Shown piece by piece: positions 19,765 to 28,816 of a stretch of 64,000 nt of DNA (within the stretch, counting starts at the first letter, position 1; each line of letters begins with the position of its first letter). A model generated the notes under the pieces. That model saw only the letters and a list, made by a program, of their open reading frames with translations, did not search any database and was not told the DNA's origin. Source of the DNA: Acidobacteriota bacterium (GTDB lineage Bacteria > Acidobacteriota > UBA6911 > JACQSX01); the NCBI GenBank assembly GCA_036507075.1, contig DASXQR010000163.1, positions 1,818 through 65,817 on the forward strand, in the 5' to 3' direction. A program made the translations under genes and the position numbers.

Positions 19765-21279
19765 CTATTCTGCATCCAACACGGGCTTCAATATGACAAT
19801 GTCCTTGAGCCTGCGCTCCTCGTTGACCGCGGGGAAGGAGTAGAGATCCAGCATGGGACGCACCTCGCGGTCCCCTGCCACGGCGGCAAGGCGCATTTCC
19901 TTCTGTGGTATTTGCGACCAGAATTTTTCAGTGGGAGTGCTTCGAATCGTCACGCCCCAAACCCTGCGGCTGCTGCCGCTTTCATAAAGCGCCAGATTGG
20001 CGTGGAAGGTTGCGGGCCAGACTTTCCAGTAATCGCCCACAATGTGAGTTGCTCCCGACTGGAGAATCTCACTTGTATATTTACCTGTTGTCTTGTCGAT
20101 GTCGGCCCGCACTCTTACCAGCGACGGCCGGCCGTACAAACATGCGGGAGCGCTCAGAAACAGGGAAATGCCGGTCGCTGTGAGAATGCGCCGACCGCCG
20201 CGGCCGAAGCGAGCATAAACAGGCAGCACAGCCCAGATGACTGCGCCAAGCTGAAGCAGTACCATCGATTGCAGTGAGAATCTGGCGTCAAAGGAGCTGT
20301 TCTCGGTGTGCGCAAGTCCGCCCATCAACAAGAAGCTGACCAGCGAGGATGCTATCAGGTTCAATGCAGGAGCATTCGCGGCACGGGCGCTTCCAGGCGA
20401 CAGAAGGCGAAAAAATATTCCCAATACGAGCAGCGACGCGACGGCTATTCCCCACGGCCCGATCAGGTATTCGGACAAAACGATTTTCCCAAACTGGAAC
20501 CAGACGGCGGGCAACCTCCACGGGCGAACGGGAGGATACGGCCAGTCACCGTAGGCGGCCGAGTAGGAAACGATTCCGCAGTAAGCATAGTTGGCCAAAA
20601 AGCTGAAGATCATCAGCGCCAGAGCAATCCCTCCCTGAAACTTGCGGCGGTCAAAAAACCAGCGGAAAACAATCAGCGGCAGAAGCACAAAAATCAGAGC
20701 GGTATTGACCCAGGACGCAGCAAGCAGACAGATAAGGCTTAAAATAATTCTTGGCAGCCGAGGAAACTTCGAATTCTCCAGCAGCAGGAGACCTGCCAGG
20801 CCCAGAAACATTCCCACGCCGTAAGGATGCACTCCAAGGTAATCAAAACGCGTCTGCCTGCTGTTGAACAGAAGGAAAAGAGAAGCCGAAAGAGCTCCCG
20901 TAAACAACCATGCTCGGCGGGCCACATAGCGCGCGCACAAAAAGAAGACAGCCAGGCCGCAGAAAACATTGAAAGCGGACTGTGCCAGCAGGTTTGCAAC
21001 AGGGTTCCTGAACGGGATTGCCAGCAAGGGAACGAGCATTCCCAGCCGGTCCTGCTCCCAGTAAAAGGGTGTCCAGCGATATAAGCTCACCAGCACCGGG
21101 ACTATCGAATCGGCGTCGTGGAGGCGATGAAATGCTCCAAAATCAATCCATAACGCCGCCAGAACAGCCGCTGTCCAAAAGATAACAGTCTGGTAGCGCT
21201 GATTATCCTGCCATGTGTTCTTCTTGTTCAGAGCCGGCACCGGCATGCTATTGGTCGATACAGCGTCAGAGGAAATCAC
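19765..21279 (-). CDS. Polytopic membrane protein of unknown function (possibly GT-C-like)
   Basis: About 11 hydrophobic segments, acidic HDADS loop after TM1, and a soluble C-terminal domain. Confidence 0.7.
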   Translation of the reverse strand: MISSDAVSTNSMPVPALNKKNTWQDNQRYQTVIFWTAAVLAALWIDFGAFHRLHDADSIVPVLVSLYRWTPFYWEQDRLGMLVPLLAIPFRNPVANLLAQSAFNVFCGLAVFFLCARYVARRAWLFTGALSASLFLLFNSRQTRFDYLGVHPYGVGMFLGLAGLLLLENSKFPRLPRIILSLICLLAASWVNTALIFVLLPLIVFRWFFDRRKFQGGIALALMIFSFLANYAYCGIVSYSAAYGDWPYPPVRPWRLPAVWFQFGKIVLSEYLIGPWGIAVASLLVLGIFFRLLSPGSARAANAPALNLIASSLVSFLLMGGLAHTENSSFDARFSLQSMVLLQLGAVIWAVLPVYARFGRGGRRILTATGISLFLSAPACLYGRPSLVRVRADIDKTTGKYTSEILQSGATHIVGDYWKVWPATFHANLALYESGSSRRVWGVTIRSTPTEKFWSQIPQKEMRLAAVAGDREVRPMLDLYSFPAVNEERRLKDIVILKPVLDAE

Positions 21280-21390
21280 TTGTCAAATGTGGATTTTACA
21301 TTACGATTTTACAAAGGCCCCGATCTGATGCACGATGACGTGAAGCTTATTACAAGCTGCCGGTAACTGCGCAAAGCCCGGGAAAATTCG

Positions 21391-22332
21391 ATGCGAATCT
21401 GCTCATTGCTGCCGAGTGCCACGGAAATCCTGTTTGCACTCGGATGCGGCGATCTCCTTGTTGCCGTCACGCACGAATGCGATTATCCTGCCGGGGCCTG
21501 CCGGCTACCTAAGGTGACGCGCAGCAATATTCCGGCTGGCATCTCCAGCGACCAGATCGATTCGGCCGTGACGTCGAGTCTCCAGACATCCGGTTCTCTT
21601 TACGAGCTCGATCTTCCGCTGCTTGAACACCTGCAGCCCGATCTGATCATCACGCAGAGGTTGTGTGACGTTTGCGCCATTTCGTCTGATCGCGTGGAAC
21701 AGGCCGTAAGCGACTTGAAATCTCAACCTGAAGTTTTGAACCTGGAACCGCATTCGCTTGAAGACATCCTGCGCAGCATTCGCACCGTTGCAGACGAAAT
21801 CGGCCGGCCCCACGCAGCCGATCATCTGATTGAATCGCTGCAGCGCCGCATCGAGGCTGTCTGGCAGACCAGCAGCGATCTGACGAACAGGCCGCGCGTG
21901 TTCTGCATGGAATGGGTGAGCCCGCCCTTTTGCGGTGGGCACTGGATGAAAGAGCTGGTTGAGATTGCCGGAGGCGTGGATGACCTGTCAAATCTCCATC
22001 AGCCCTCTCGTCGGATCGAATGGACCGAGGTTCTCCGTTTTGCTCCGGAAGTGATCGTCCTTACCTGCTGCGGGTTCAACCTTGGCCGTTGCGTGGAGGA
22101 AGGCCTTAGTCTCAGCCGGCTGGACCACTTTTTTGAAATGCCTGCCGCCAAGTCCGGACGTGTGTTTGCCACCGATGGATCGGCATACTTCAGCCGGCCA
22201 GGGCCACGGATAGTAGACAGCCTCGAGATCCTCGCCTACCTCATCCATCCGGAAGTTTTTCGTGCGCCTCCGCTGTCGGAGGCCTTCTGCGTCCTGCATC
22301 CGTCGCCAGCAGAAAAAATAGGACCCAATTAA
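21391..22332 (+). CDS. BtuF-like cobalamin/Fe-siderophore periplasmic binding family protein
   Basis: RICSLLPSATEILFALG, THECDYP, PDLIITQ and YFSRPGPRIVD motifs. No obvious signal peptide. Confidence 0.85.
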   Translation: MRICSLLPSATEILFALGCGDLLVAVTHECDYPAGACRLPKVTRSNIPAGISSDQIDSAVTSSLQTSGSLYELDLPLLEHLQPDLIITQRLCDVCAISSDRVEQAVSDLKSQPEVLNLEPHSLEDILRSIRTVADEIGRPHAADHLIESLQRRIEAVWQTSSDLTNRPRVFCMEWVSPPFCGGHWMKELVEIAGGVDDLSNLHQPSRRIEWTEVLRFAPEVIVLTCCGFNLGRCVEEGLSLSRLDHFFEMPAAKSGRVFATDGSAYFSRPGPRIVDSLEILAYLIHPEVFRAPPLSEAFCVLHPSPAEKIGPN

Positions 22333-22360
22333 TTGGGGTCTTAATTGGGGTCTGTCCCTA
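22321..22360. repeat. Distal copy of the RAYT-associated REP (AATTGGGGTCTGTCCC)
   Basis: The reverse complement matches GGGACAGACCCCCAATT at 34354-34370. Overlaps the upstream stop codon. Confidence 0.7.
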
Positions 22361-22380
22361 TTGACCCTCAGAAGGCAAAA

Positions 22381-22650
22381 CCGACCACGTCAACGTCGAC
22401 GTTTATCCGTCTACGGCCACGTGCAGTCAATGTCCACGGAACACGTCCAAGCTGCTTGAGAGATTTAGTGCTTTATCATCTTGGTCAACATCGACGGGGA
22501 ATGCGTTCGAGGAGTTGCCTCCTGGCATCCCTAACCGTGCTGCAGGCAAACTTGCGAGTTTTTCTTCGTTAGCGTGGAGGTGGTCGTTGACGTCTGTCGT
22601 TGACGTGCACGCGCACGTGACCGTCCTCGGCTTTTTCTTTGGTTGCGGCC
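22381..22650. mobile_element. Miniature element copy B with a longer, frameshifted four-helix-bundle remnant
   Basis: Collinear with 15907-16154. The minus strand reads RRQLLERI / SMLTKMIKH-stop in two frames. Confidence 0.6.
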
Positions 22651-22680
22651 TACGGCTGGGCTATGCCTCTGTAGTGAAGT

Positions 22681-22720
22681 CTTTTTCCCGACGGGCAGCC
22701 AAACTTGATCACTACTCAAT
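22681..22720 (+). repeat. Dispersed 40-bp motif, copy 2
   Basis: CTTTTTCCCGACGGGCAGCCAAACTTGATCACTACTCAAT; near-identical to 60402-60441. Confidence 0.7.
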
Positions 22721-22849
22721 GAGTTAGTTTGGTACTGGCCCCACACTGTGACATACTGTGCGGGTTCCCATAGTTGAGCTTGCACCCGAAACATCTACTT
22801 TTTTAGCGGCCGACGCGGGACAACTGGTCCTTACACTCAATCCCGGGAG

Positions 22850-24361
22850 ATGCCCTTGAGAGTTCACCTGATCAATCCCAGCCATGTGTCGTTTGGTGTG
22901 GCCGTTATCACCCCGAGGTGGCTCTATGTCCTGGCAGCCGCCACCCCGCTTTCGTTCGGTGATCCACTCATTGTGGATGAGACCCTTAGCCCGCTTGATC
23001 CCTCGAGCATCCAGGAAGGGGATGTGGTGGGCATCGGAATTCATACTGGAAATGCGTTGCGCGGCTATGAGGTCGGGAGAATGGCGCGCCAGAGAGGCGC
23101 GCACGTTATTTTTGGAGGGATTCATTCCACGCTCTTTCCCGAGGAGGCACTTGAACTGGGAATGGCGCACGCTGTAGTTAAGGGCGACGGTGATGTTATC
23201 TGGACGACCGTGCTTGAGGATTGTCTTGGTGGAAGGCTCAAGCCGGTTTATGAAGGCGGCAAGATCGAGGGGGGCTCTCTTCTCCCGGGACGTTGGGACC
23301 TGCTCCCGAAAGACCGATACATGTGGGCCTCGGTGCAAACGGTGCGGGGCTGCCCCAAACACTGTTCCTTCTGTTCGGTGTGGCGCACCGACGGGCAGCG
23401 TCCCCGCCAGCGGTCATCCGACGCCGTGATTGCTGAAATCGTCCAGTTGCGTCGCCAGGGGTTTCGCTTCATCGCGCTGGCGGATGACAATTTTTACCCC
23501 GTCACGCTCGAGGATTTGGCCTTGGCCTCCCGACGCGAAGACATGCAGCGCCTTGAACAATTGAACGCCATTCGCAGCGAGCGCTTTGAGCTGATGGATC
23601 GCCTTGCGCAGCTCCCCCGCGACATGGTTTTTTACACACAGATCACAATGGAAGCTGCCGAAGACACTGTTTTCCTGGATGCGATGCGCCGGGCCAACAT
23701 CAAAGGAGCGCTTGTGGGCGTTGAATCCGTCACACAGGAAGGACTACAGGCCGTCTATAAGAACTTCAACTTCGCAGGAGAGGCCCTCGTGAATCGGCTA
23801 CAGACGTTTCGGCGGCACGGGGTGCACGTGCTCGGCTCTTTCATCTTTGGCCTGCCGACCGACCGTCCTGAGACATTCAACACCACGGTTACTGTGGCGC
23901 AAGAGGCGGGCGTCACGTTCGCTCAGTTTTTGATGTTGACTCCGTTTCCGGGAACTGTGGATTTCAACCGCTGGGAAAGCGCGATGGCCGAAAACAATAC
24001 CCGCATTGACGGGATTCCGCTGACGCGGCATTGGCTCATCCCGCAGGAAAGCCGTCCCAAAGTTTATTCGCCCCACCCAAAGATGTCGGCCCGGGAAATT
24101 CAAGAGCGCACCCAGGCGGCGTGGGACCGCTTTTACAGCTTCAAGTTGATTTGGCAGCGATCAGCGTGCGTGCGCTCCCTGCGCGCGCGCCTGGCATTCG
24201 TGTTGATTTCAAAGCTCTACCGACAAATGTATGCCAACACCGGGATCGCTACCGACAGCGCGCGAGTAAACCGTTCGGCGCGCTGGGCGCGCTGGATCGC
24301 CAAACCGTGCCGACGCCTGTTCATCTCCGCGCCCATGCCGGAGCTGCAGGTGCCTGTATGA
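22850..24361 (+). CDS. B12-binding radical SAM protein
   Basis: N-terminal cobalamin-binding region (VIFGGIHSTLFPEEA), RGCPKHCSFC (CxxxCxxC), DDNF, and GVES. Confidence 0.9.
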   Translation: MPLRVHLINPSHVSFGVAVITPRWLYVLAAATPLSFGDPLIVDETLSPLDPSSIQEGDVVGIGIHTGNALRGYEVGRMARQRGAHVIFGGIHSTLFPEEALELGMAHAVVKGDGDVIWTTVLEDCLGGRLKPVYEGGKIEGGSLLPGRWDLLPKDRYMWASVQTVRGCPKHCSFCSVWRTDGQRPRQRSSDAVIAEIVQLRRQGFRFIALADDNFYPVTLEDLALASRREDMQRLEQLNAIRSERFELMDRLAQLPRDMVFYTQITMEAAEDTVFLDAMRRANIKGALVGVESVTQEGLQAVYKNFNFAGEALVNRLQTFRRHGVHVLGSFIFGLPTDRPETFNTTVTVAQEAGVTFAQFLMLTPFPGTVDFNRWESAMAENNTRIDGIPLTRHWLIPQESRPKVYSPHPKMSAREIQERTQAAWDRFYSFKLIWQRSACVRSLRARLAFVLISKLYRQMYANTGIATDSARVNRSARWARWIAKPCRRLFISAPMPELQVPV

Positions 24362-24391
24362 GCTGTGTAAGCTTGGTGTCCTTGGTGTAAC

Positions 24392-24551
24392 AAGTTGGCA
24401 ACTTCTTGTTTTTTCGACAAGATTGCAGAAAACATCCGGTCACGTCAACGTCGACGTTTATCGACTACGTGCACGTGGACCTAGAGGATAAACGTCGACG
24501 TGCTCGGATGTCTTTTGAAATCTTGTCGAAAAAGCATGAAGTTGCCAACTT
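24392..24551. repeat. 160-bp composite inverted repeat with near-palindromic AAGTTG(G/C)CAACTT ends
   Basis: The roughly 70-bp arms pair. The core contains the same CACGTCAACGTCGACGTTTATC as the miniature-element terminus. Confidence 0.8.
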
Positions 24552-24758
24552 TCGACTTTCGACCTTCGACTTGCGCCACGCAGAGAACGCTGAGTTTACG
24601 CCCAGGACACCGTCGATTAGGCGGCAACATCTCCAAAAATCCTAGCTTCAGAGTTCCATCAGATAGAGTACAATAGTGGACGCGGAGCACCGGATGCTGC
24701 CGCAATTTTCCCTGAAAAGCTGTAATTAACAACCAAGCTTCATCTACCACAACATGCT

Positions 24759-26126
24759 ATGAGCGAATCCAAACAAAATGCCTCACGTCGTGAGTTTTTG
24801 AAAAGTACCGGACGAATTGCCGCTGCCTCGGCACTGGCGGGCGCCAGCATTCCGTTTGTCCATGCGAGCCAGGACAACACCATTTCGGTGGTCCTTATCG
24901 GCTGCGGCGGCCGCGGCACAGGCGCCGTGGCCAATGCGCTATCGGTGAAGAACGGGCCCATAAGGCTGGTCGCTATGGCCGATGTTTTCGAGAGCCGTCT
25001 CAAGGGGAGCTATAGCCGCCTTAAGGAGCGGTACAGCCAGCAGGTCGACGTTCCCGAGGACCACAAGTTCATCGGTTTTGACGCCTACCAGAAAGCAATG
25101 GACTGCCTCAGGCCGGGAGATGTGGCTATTTTTGCCACACCCCCGGGCTTCCGCTGGGTCCATTTCAACTACGCCATCCAAAAGGGCCTGAATGTGTTCA
25201 TGGAAAAGCCGGTGACAGTGGACGCACCGACAACCCGCAAAATGCTCCAATTGGCTGACGAAGCGGACAAAAAGAACCTTAAGGTGGGAGTGGGTCTGAT
25301 GATTCGCCACTGCAGGGCCCGGCAGGCGCTCAAAGAGAAGATCGAGTCCGGTCAGATCGGCGACATCTTAATGATGCGGGCCTACCGGATGCACGGTCCG
25401 GCCGGCTTTGCTTTTTCCGAGCCGAAGCCTGCCGACATCAGCGAGCTGCTTTATCAGGTCCAGCGGTTCCATAGTTTTCTGTGGGCCAGCGGCGGTCTTT
25501 ACAGTGACTTCTACATCCATCAAATCGACGAATGTTGTTGGATGAAGGGCGCCTGGCCGGTTCAGGCACAGGCGCTGGGGGCACGTCACTATCGCGGAAG
25601 CGCCGTCGATCAGAACTTTGACAATTACTCGGTCGAATACACCTTTGCCGACGGTTCAAAGCTCTTTTTGGAAGGCCGGACAATGGAAGGGGCTTACACG
25701 TCATTCTCGAGCTACGTGCACGGCACCAAAGGCGTGGGCATCGTTTCCACTTCCAGTCACAGCCCCGGCAAATGCCGCACATTCAAGAATCAGACCATGG
25801 CCGATGCCGATCTGATTTGGGCCTTCCCGCAGCCCGAGCAGAACCCTTATGACCTTGAATGGGACGACCTGATTGATGCGATTCGCGGAGACAAACCCTA
25901 CAATGAAGTGAAACGCGGCGCCCAGGCAAGCCTTGTGACATCAATGGGACGAATGGCCGCGCATACGGGCCAGGTAATTACCTGGGATAAGATGGTTAAC
26001 TGCGAACACGAGTTCGCTCCCGGCGTCGATAAGCTGGCCATGAATTCCGGGGCGCCCCTGCTGCCCGGTGCCGATGGCAAATACCCGATCCCAATGCCGG
26101 GAATCATCAAGGACCGAGAATACTAA
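24759..26126 (+). CDS. Tat-exported Gfo/Idh/MocA oxidoreductase
   Basis: SRREFLK twin-arginine signal, IGCGGRG Rossmann motif, EKP motif, and HQID. Confidence 0.9.
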   Translation: MSESKQNASRREFLKSTGRIAAASALAGASIPFVHASQDNTISVVLIGCGGRGTGAVANALSVKNGPIRLVAMADVFESRLKGSYSRLKERYSQQVDVPEDHKFIGFDAYQKAMDCLRPGDVAIFATPPGFRWVHFNYAIQKGLNVFMEKPVTVDAPTTRKMLQLADEADKKNLKVGVGLMIRHCRARQALKEKIESGQIGDILMMRAYRMHGPAGFAFSEPKPADISELLYQVQRFHSFLWASGGLYSDFYIHQIDECCWMKGAWPVQAQALGARHYRGSAVDQNFDNYSVEYTFADGSKLFLEGRTMEGAYTSFSSYVHGTKGVGIVSTSSHSPGKCRTFKNQTMADADLIWAFPQPEQNPYDLEWDDLIDAIRGDKPYNEVKRGAQASLVTSMGRMAAHTGQVITWDKMVNCEHEFAPGVDKLAMNSGAPLLPGADGKYPIPMPGIIKDREY

Positions 26127-26195
26127 AGTCCTGGCCTCGTCTGCCCAGCCGGGCTGGAGGCCAGGCCTTCTCATGGCTGCTGATATATTGCTTCG

Positions 26196-26280
26196 TCGCA
26201 GAGGCGCTGAGAACGCCAAACCGCGCAGAGTTTGAGCTTGGGCTCTGCGCAATCTTGGCGTTCTTTGCGCCTTTGCGGCG
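26196..26280. repeat. Imperfect palindrome of the CGCAGAG/CTTTGCG REP family
   Basis: Similar to 51423-51514 and 55739-55828. Lies between convergent genes. Confidence 0.6.
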
Positions 26281-26321
26281 AAGATAACGCGGCGACTTAG
26301 TTACAAAATCCGGATAAAAGT

Positions 26322-27011
26322 TCAAGCGGAAGTCGTCAAGTGTTGCTCAAACCACGCAGCGGCAAGTTGGGCTACTTTCTCCAGCGCCCCTGGCTCCTCG
26401 AAAAGGTGACTCGCTCCGGGGATGATCTCCATTTTCTTTTCACATTCGAGTTGCTGGAACGCCTCTTCATTCAGTTCGATGACGTCGTGATCGTGTCCGC
26501 CTACAATCAATAAAGTAGGGGAAACCACCTGGCGCAATGCCTGGCCGGCGAGATCAGGACGTCCCCCGCGCGACACGACGGCGCCAACCTGCGATCCTAA
26601 ACAAGCGGCCGCCGCAAGCGCAGCGGCGGCGCCGGTGCTGGCGCCGAAGTACCCGACGCGCAAGCCGCGCGTCGCGGGCTCCCTGATCACCCATTCCGTG
26701 CTGGAGACTAGCCGGGTAGTGAGCAGGCCGATGTCGAAGCGATACTGGCGCGTGTAAATGTCTATTGACTCCTCGGAAGGTGTAAGCAAATCGAAGAGCA
26801 ATGTCGACAGGACGTGATTGTGGAGTACTTCCGCCACGTACTGATTGCGGGGGCTATGGCGGCTGCTGCCGCTGCCATGAGCAAACAGCACAATCCCCTG
26901 CGACCCTTCTACCAGGTGAAGCTCGCCCTCCAGGCGGATGGAACTGGAAGGAATCTGCACGTCGCGCATTTGAACGCCGTTCTTGGTGCCTCTCATAACA
27001 ATCTCCTGCAA
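26322..27011 (-). CDS. Dienelactone-hydrolase-like alpha/beta hydrolase
   Basis: FAHGSGSSRHSPRN, GYFGASTGA nucleophile elbow, VSRGGRPDL, and ASHLFEEPG. Confidence 0.88.
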   Translation of the reverse strand: MQEIVMRGTKNGVQMRDVQIPSSSIRLEGELHLVEGSQGIVLFAHGSGSSRHSPRNQYVAEVLHNHVLSTLLFDLLTPSEESIDIYTRQYRFDIGLLTTRLVSSTEWVIREPATRGLRVGYFGASTGAAAALAAAACLGSQVGAVVSRGGRPDLAGQALRQVVSPTLLIVGGHDHDVIELNEEAFQQLECEKKMEIIPGASHLFEEPGALEKVAQLAAAWFEQHLTTSA

Positions 27012-27183
27012 AAGCTCGGGGCGCGTTTACCGCTTCATTATCTTCCCCTGAAATCATTATAGTTCCGCAGGCCAGTAGAACACCGAAAACAGCACCGCGT
27101 ACTTGAGCTTGAAATGGCGGATTCGGCAGGCGGTTCCGCACTTGTGGTTTGGCTAACCAAGGAAAAATTCGAGGCAGAGCTTT

Positions 27184-27252
27184 TCACCACGCCACAAAGA
27201 GCACGAAGCAGGACCCAAATCTTGCTGCGTGCTCTTTGTGTCTTTGTGGTGA
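27184..27252. repeat. Hairpin of the CACCACAAAG family downstream of csp
   Basis: TCACCAC...ACAAAGAGCACG pairs with CGTGCTCTTTGT...GTGGTGA. Confidence 0.7.
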
Positions 27253-27319
27253 TGGAGATTCAAACGGGCGAGGCCGCGGAGATCCTGGGTCTCCGCGGCG
27301 GTCGGTCGAAAGCTGAACG

Positions 27320-27526
27320 TTAGACCTTGCTGACGTTTTCGGCCTGGTCTCCCTTAGGCCCGCGGGTCACGGTGAATTCAACCGCCTGGCCTTCGGCCAG
27401 TGTCTTGAATCCAGATCCCTGAATCGCGGTGTGATGCACAAACACATCGGCGCCGGTGGCGCGGGTAATAAAACCAAAACCTTTTGCGTCGTTAAACCAC
27501 TTTACTGTTCCTTGTTCTCTGTTCAT
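27320..27526 (-). CDS. cspA: Cold-shock protein
   Basis: [15 protein letters not shown] (RNP1), DVFVHHTAI (RNP2), and [10 protein letters not shown]. Confidence 0.96.
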   Translation of the reverse strand: MNREQGTVKWFNDAKGFGFITRATGADVFVHHTAIQGSGFKTLAEGQAVEFTVTRGPKGDQAENVSKV

Positions 27527-27589
27527 TGTTCCTCTTAATTGATTTTGTTGAATTTTTCACTTGTCCGTTCTTGTAACGTTCAGCGCAAC

Positions 27590-27627
27590 AAAAAAGAGCT
27601 GCCGGACCCCAGGATCCCGCAGCTCTT
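27590..27627 (-). terminator. Intrinsic-terminator-like hairpin within the csp leader
   Basis: Minus strand reads AAGAGCTGC-GGGATCCTGGGGTCCG-GCAGCTCTTTTTT, ending about 64 nt before the ATG. Confidence 0.6.
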
Positions 27628-27673
27628 ATGTTTTCCTTTGAAAGATTACAAAAACCTGACCAAGATCATGAGT

Positions 27674-27702
27674 ACCTTACGCTAGTCGGAAACATTTGTC
27701 CA
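27674..27702 (-). promoter_or_regulatory. Sigma70-type promoter for csp
   Basis: Minus strand reads TGGACA-N17-TAAGGT. Confidence 0.55.
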
Positions 27703-27793
27703 GGTTAATCTGCGGACCACGTCCAGGACCACAGCAACGCCTGACGTATCCGGATCCTCGCACGCATCAGTACCGCGACCGTAAGAACATGAG

Positions 27794-27838
27794 AAAAAAT
27801 AGACGCCACCGGGACAAGCCCGGTGGCGTCTATTTTTT
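27794..27838 (-). terminator. Bidirectional intrinsic terminator
   Basis: AAAAAATAGACGCCACCGGG-ACAAG-CCCGGTGGCGTCTATTTTTT is a perfect stem about 40 bp after the stop at 27877. Confidence 0.88.
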
Positions 27839-27876
27839 CACGCCCGGCTATCGAAGAAAACTACCCGGCTGATACT

Positions 27877-28722
27877 TTACCTGCGAGCCAGCATGAAGGT
27901 TCGCAAGGTTCGTTCCAACGACTCGCGCGGGATACCATCGACAAATCTTCCGATTATCAGTCCGAGGCCCAGCGGAATGTCGCGAGACATGCTCAATGAA
28001 GTGCACTCAATAATCACTCCGCCATCAACCTGCTCGAATTTCCAGAAGCTGTCGAACTTCCAAAGGAAGCCATGATCTTTGCCGCGGGGTTTTTCCCTCT
28101 CGGAGGGCTTATCAACATCCTCCAGTTCCGCTATTTTGGTGGCCCGATTTTCACTCCACTCGCGCAGGGGCGACAACGGGTAATAAATGCCGTCGTACTC
28201 GGTATTGTAATAAACGGTAATCACCTTGGTGCGGCGCAGTTTATAAAACACCCGAAAGAAGTTGCCGTTGCGACTGAGCAGTTTGGATTGGACGACATCA
28301 TCTTTGAAGTACTTCGAATGCTCGTTGTAGTTCTGGGCAAAGGAGGCAATATCGGAAAGTTTGGCTCCGGGAATCAGAATGGTCCCTCTCCAGTGATGAA
28401 TCAGGGCGTCGTCCAGGTCCCCGTGAGGCCTTTTCTTCGCATCGACTCTGTCAATTACGACTTCGCCCTTTTTCAATTTCGAAAGGAAGTCGGCTCGCGC
28501 CGCTTGCGGTCTTTTGTGGAAAGAAAGGAATTCCGGAGATTCCACTTCCTTCACCATTTCCTGCCGCAGAGCCCGATGGTAAAGCTCGTATTTCTCCAGA
28601 TCTTCGCGCTTTTGACCCAGCGCCATCGAAATCGCGGACGTCAGGATGAAAGCAGCGATAAACCTAAGAACACTCCGGTCAAACGGTGAAGAACAGGCCT
28701 GTGCCGGTACGCCTTGTCTCAT
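27877..28722 (-). CDS. Secreted hypothetical protein (possible START/SRPBCC-like fold)
   Basis: Signal-peptide-like hydrophobic stretch, long ORF, and its own terminator. Confidence 0.7.
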   Translation of the reverse strand: MRQGVPAQACSSPFDRSVLRFIAAFILTSAISMALGQKREDLEKYELYHRALRQEMVKEVESPEFLSFHKRPQAARADFLSKLKKGEVVIDRVDAKKRPHGDLDDALIHHWRGTILIPGAKLSDIASFAQNYNEHSKYFKDDVVQSKLLSRNGNFFRVFYKLRRTKVITVYYNTEYDGIYYPLSPLREWSENRATKIAELEDVDKPSEREKPRGKDHGFLWKFDSFWKFEQVDGGVIIECTSLSMSRDIPLGLGLIIGRFVDGIPRESLERTLRTFMLARR

Positions 28723-28816
28723 ATGGTCTTAGAGTTACCCCGTGAGGAAAAGTTGTGCCGCTCGCCGGGCGAAAATGGGCACCAGGCTAAGACTAGCACT
28801 TAGTTTCAAAAATTCC

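Noticed and set aside
21280-21390. Cobalamin riboswitch upstream of the BtuF-like gene
   Set aside because: Only about 110 bp are available and no B12-box or conserved GGGAA...GCCCCCGCAACTGT core is visible.
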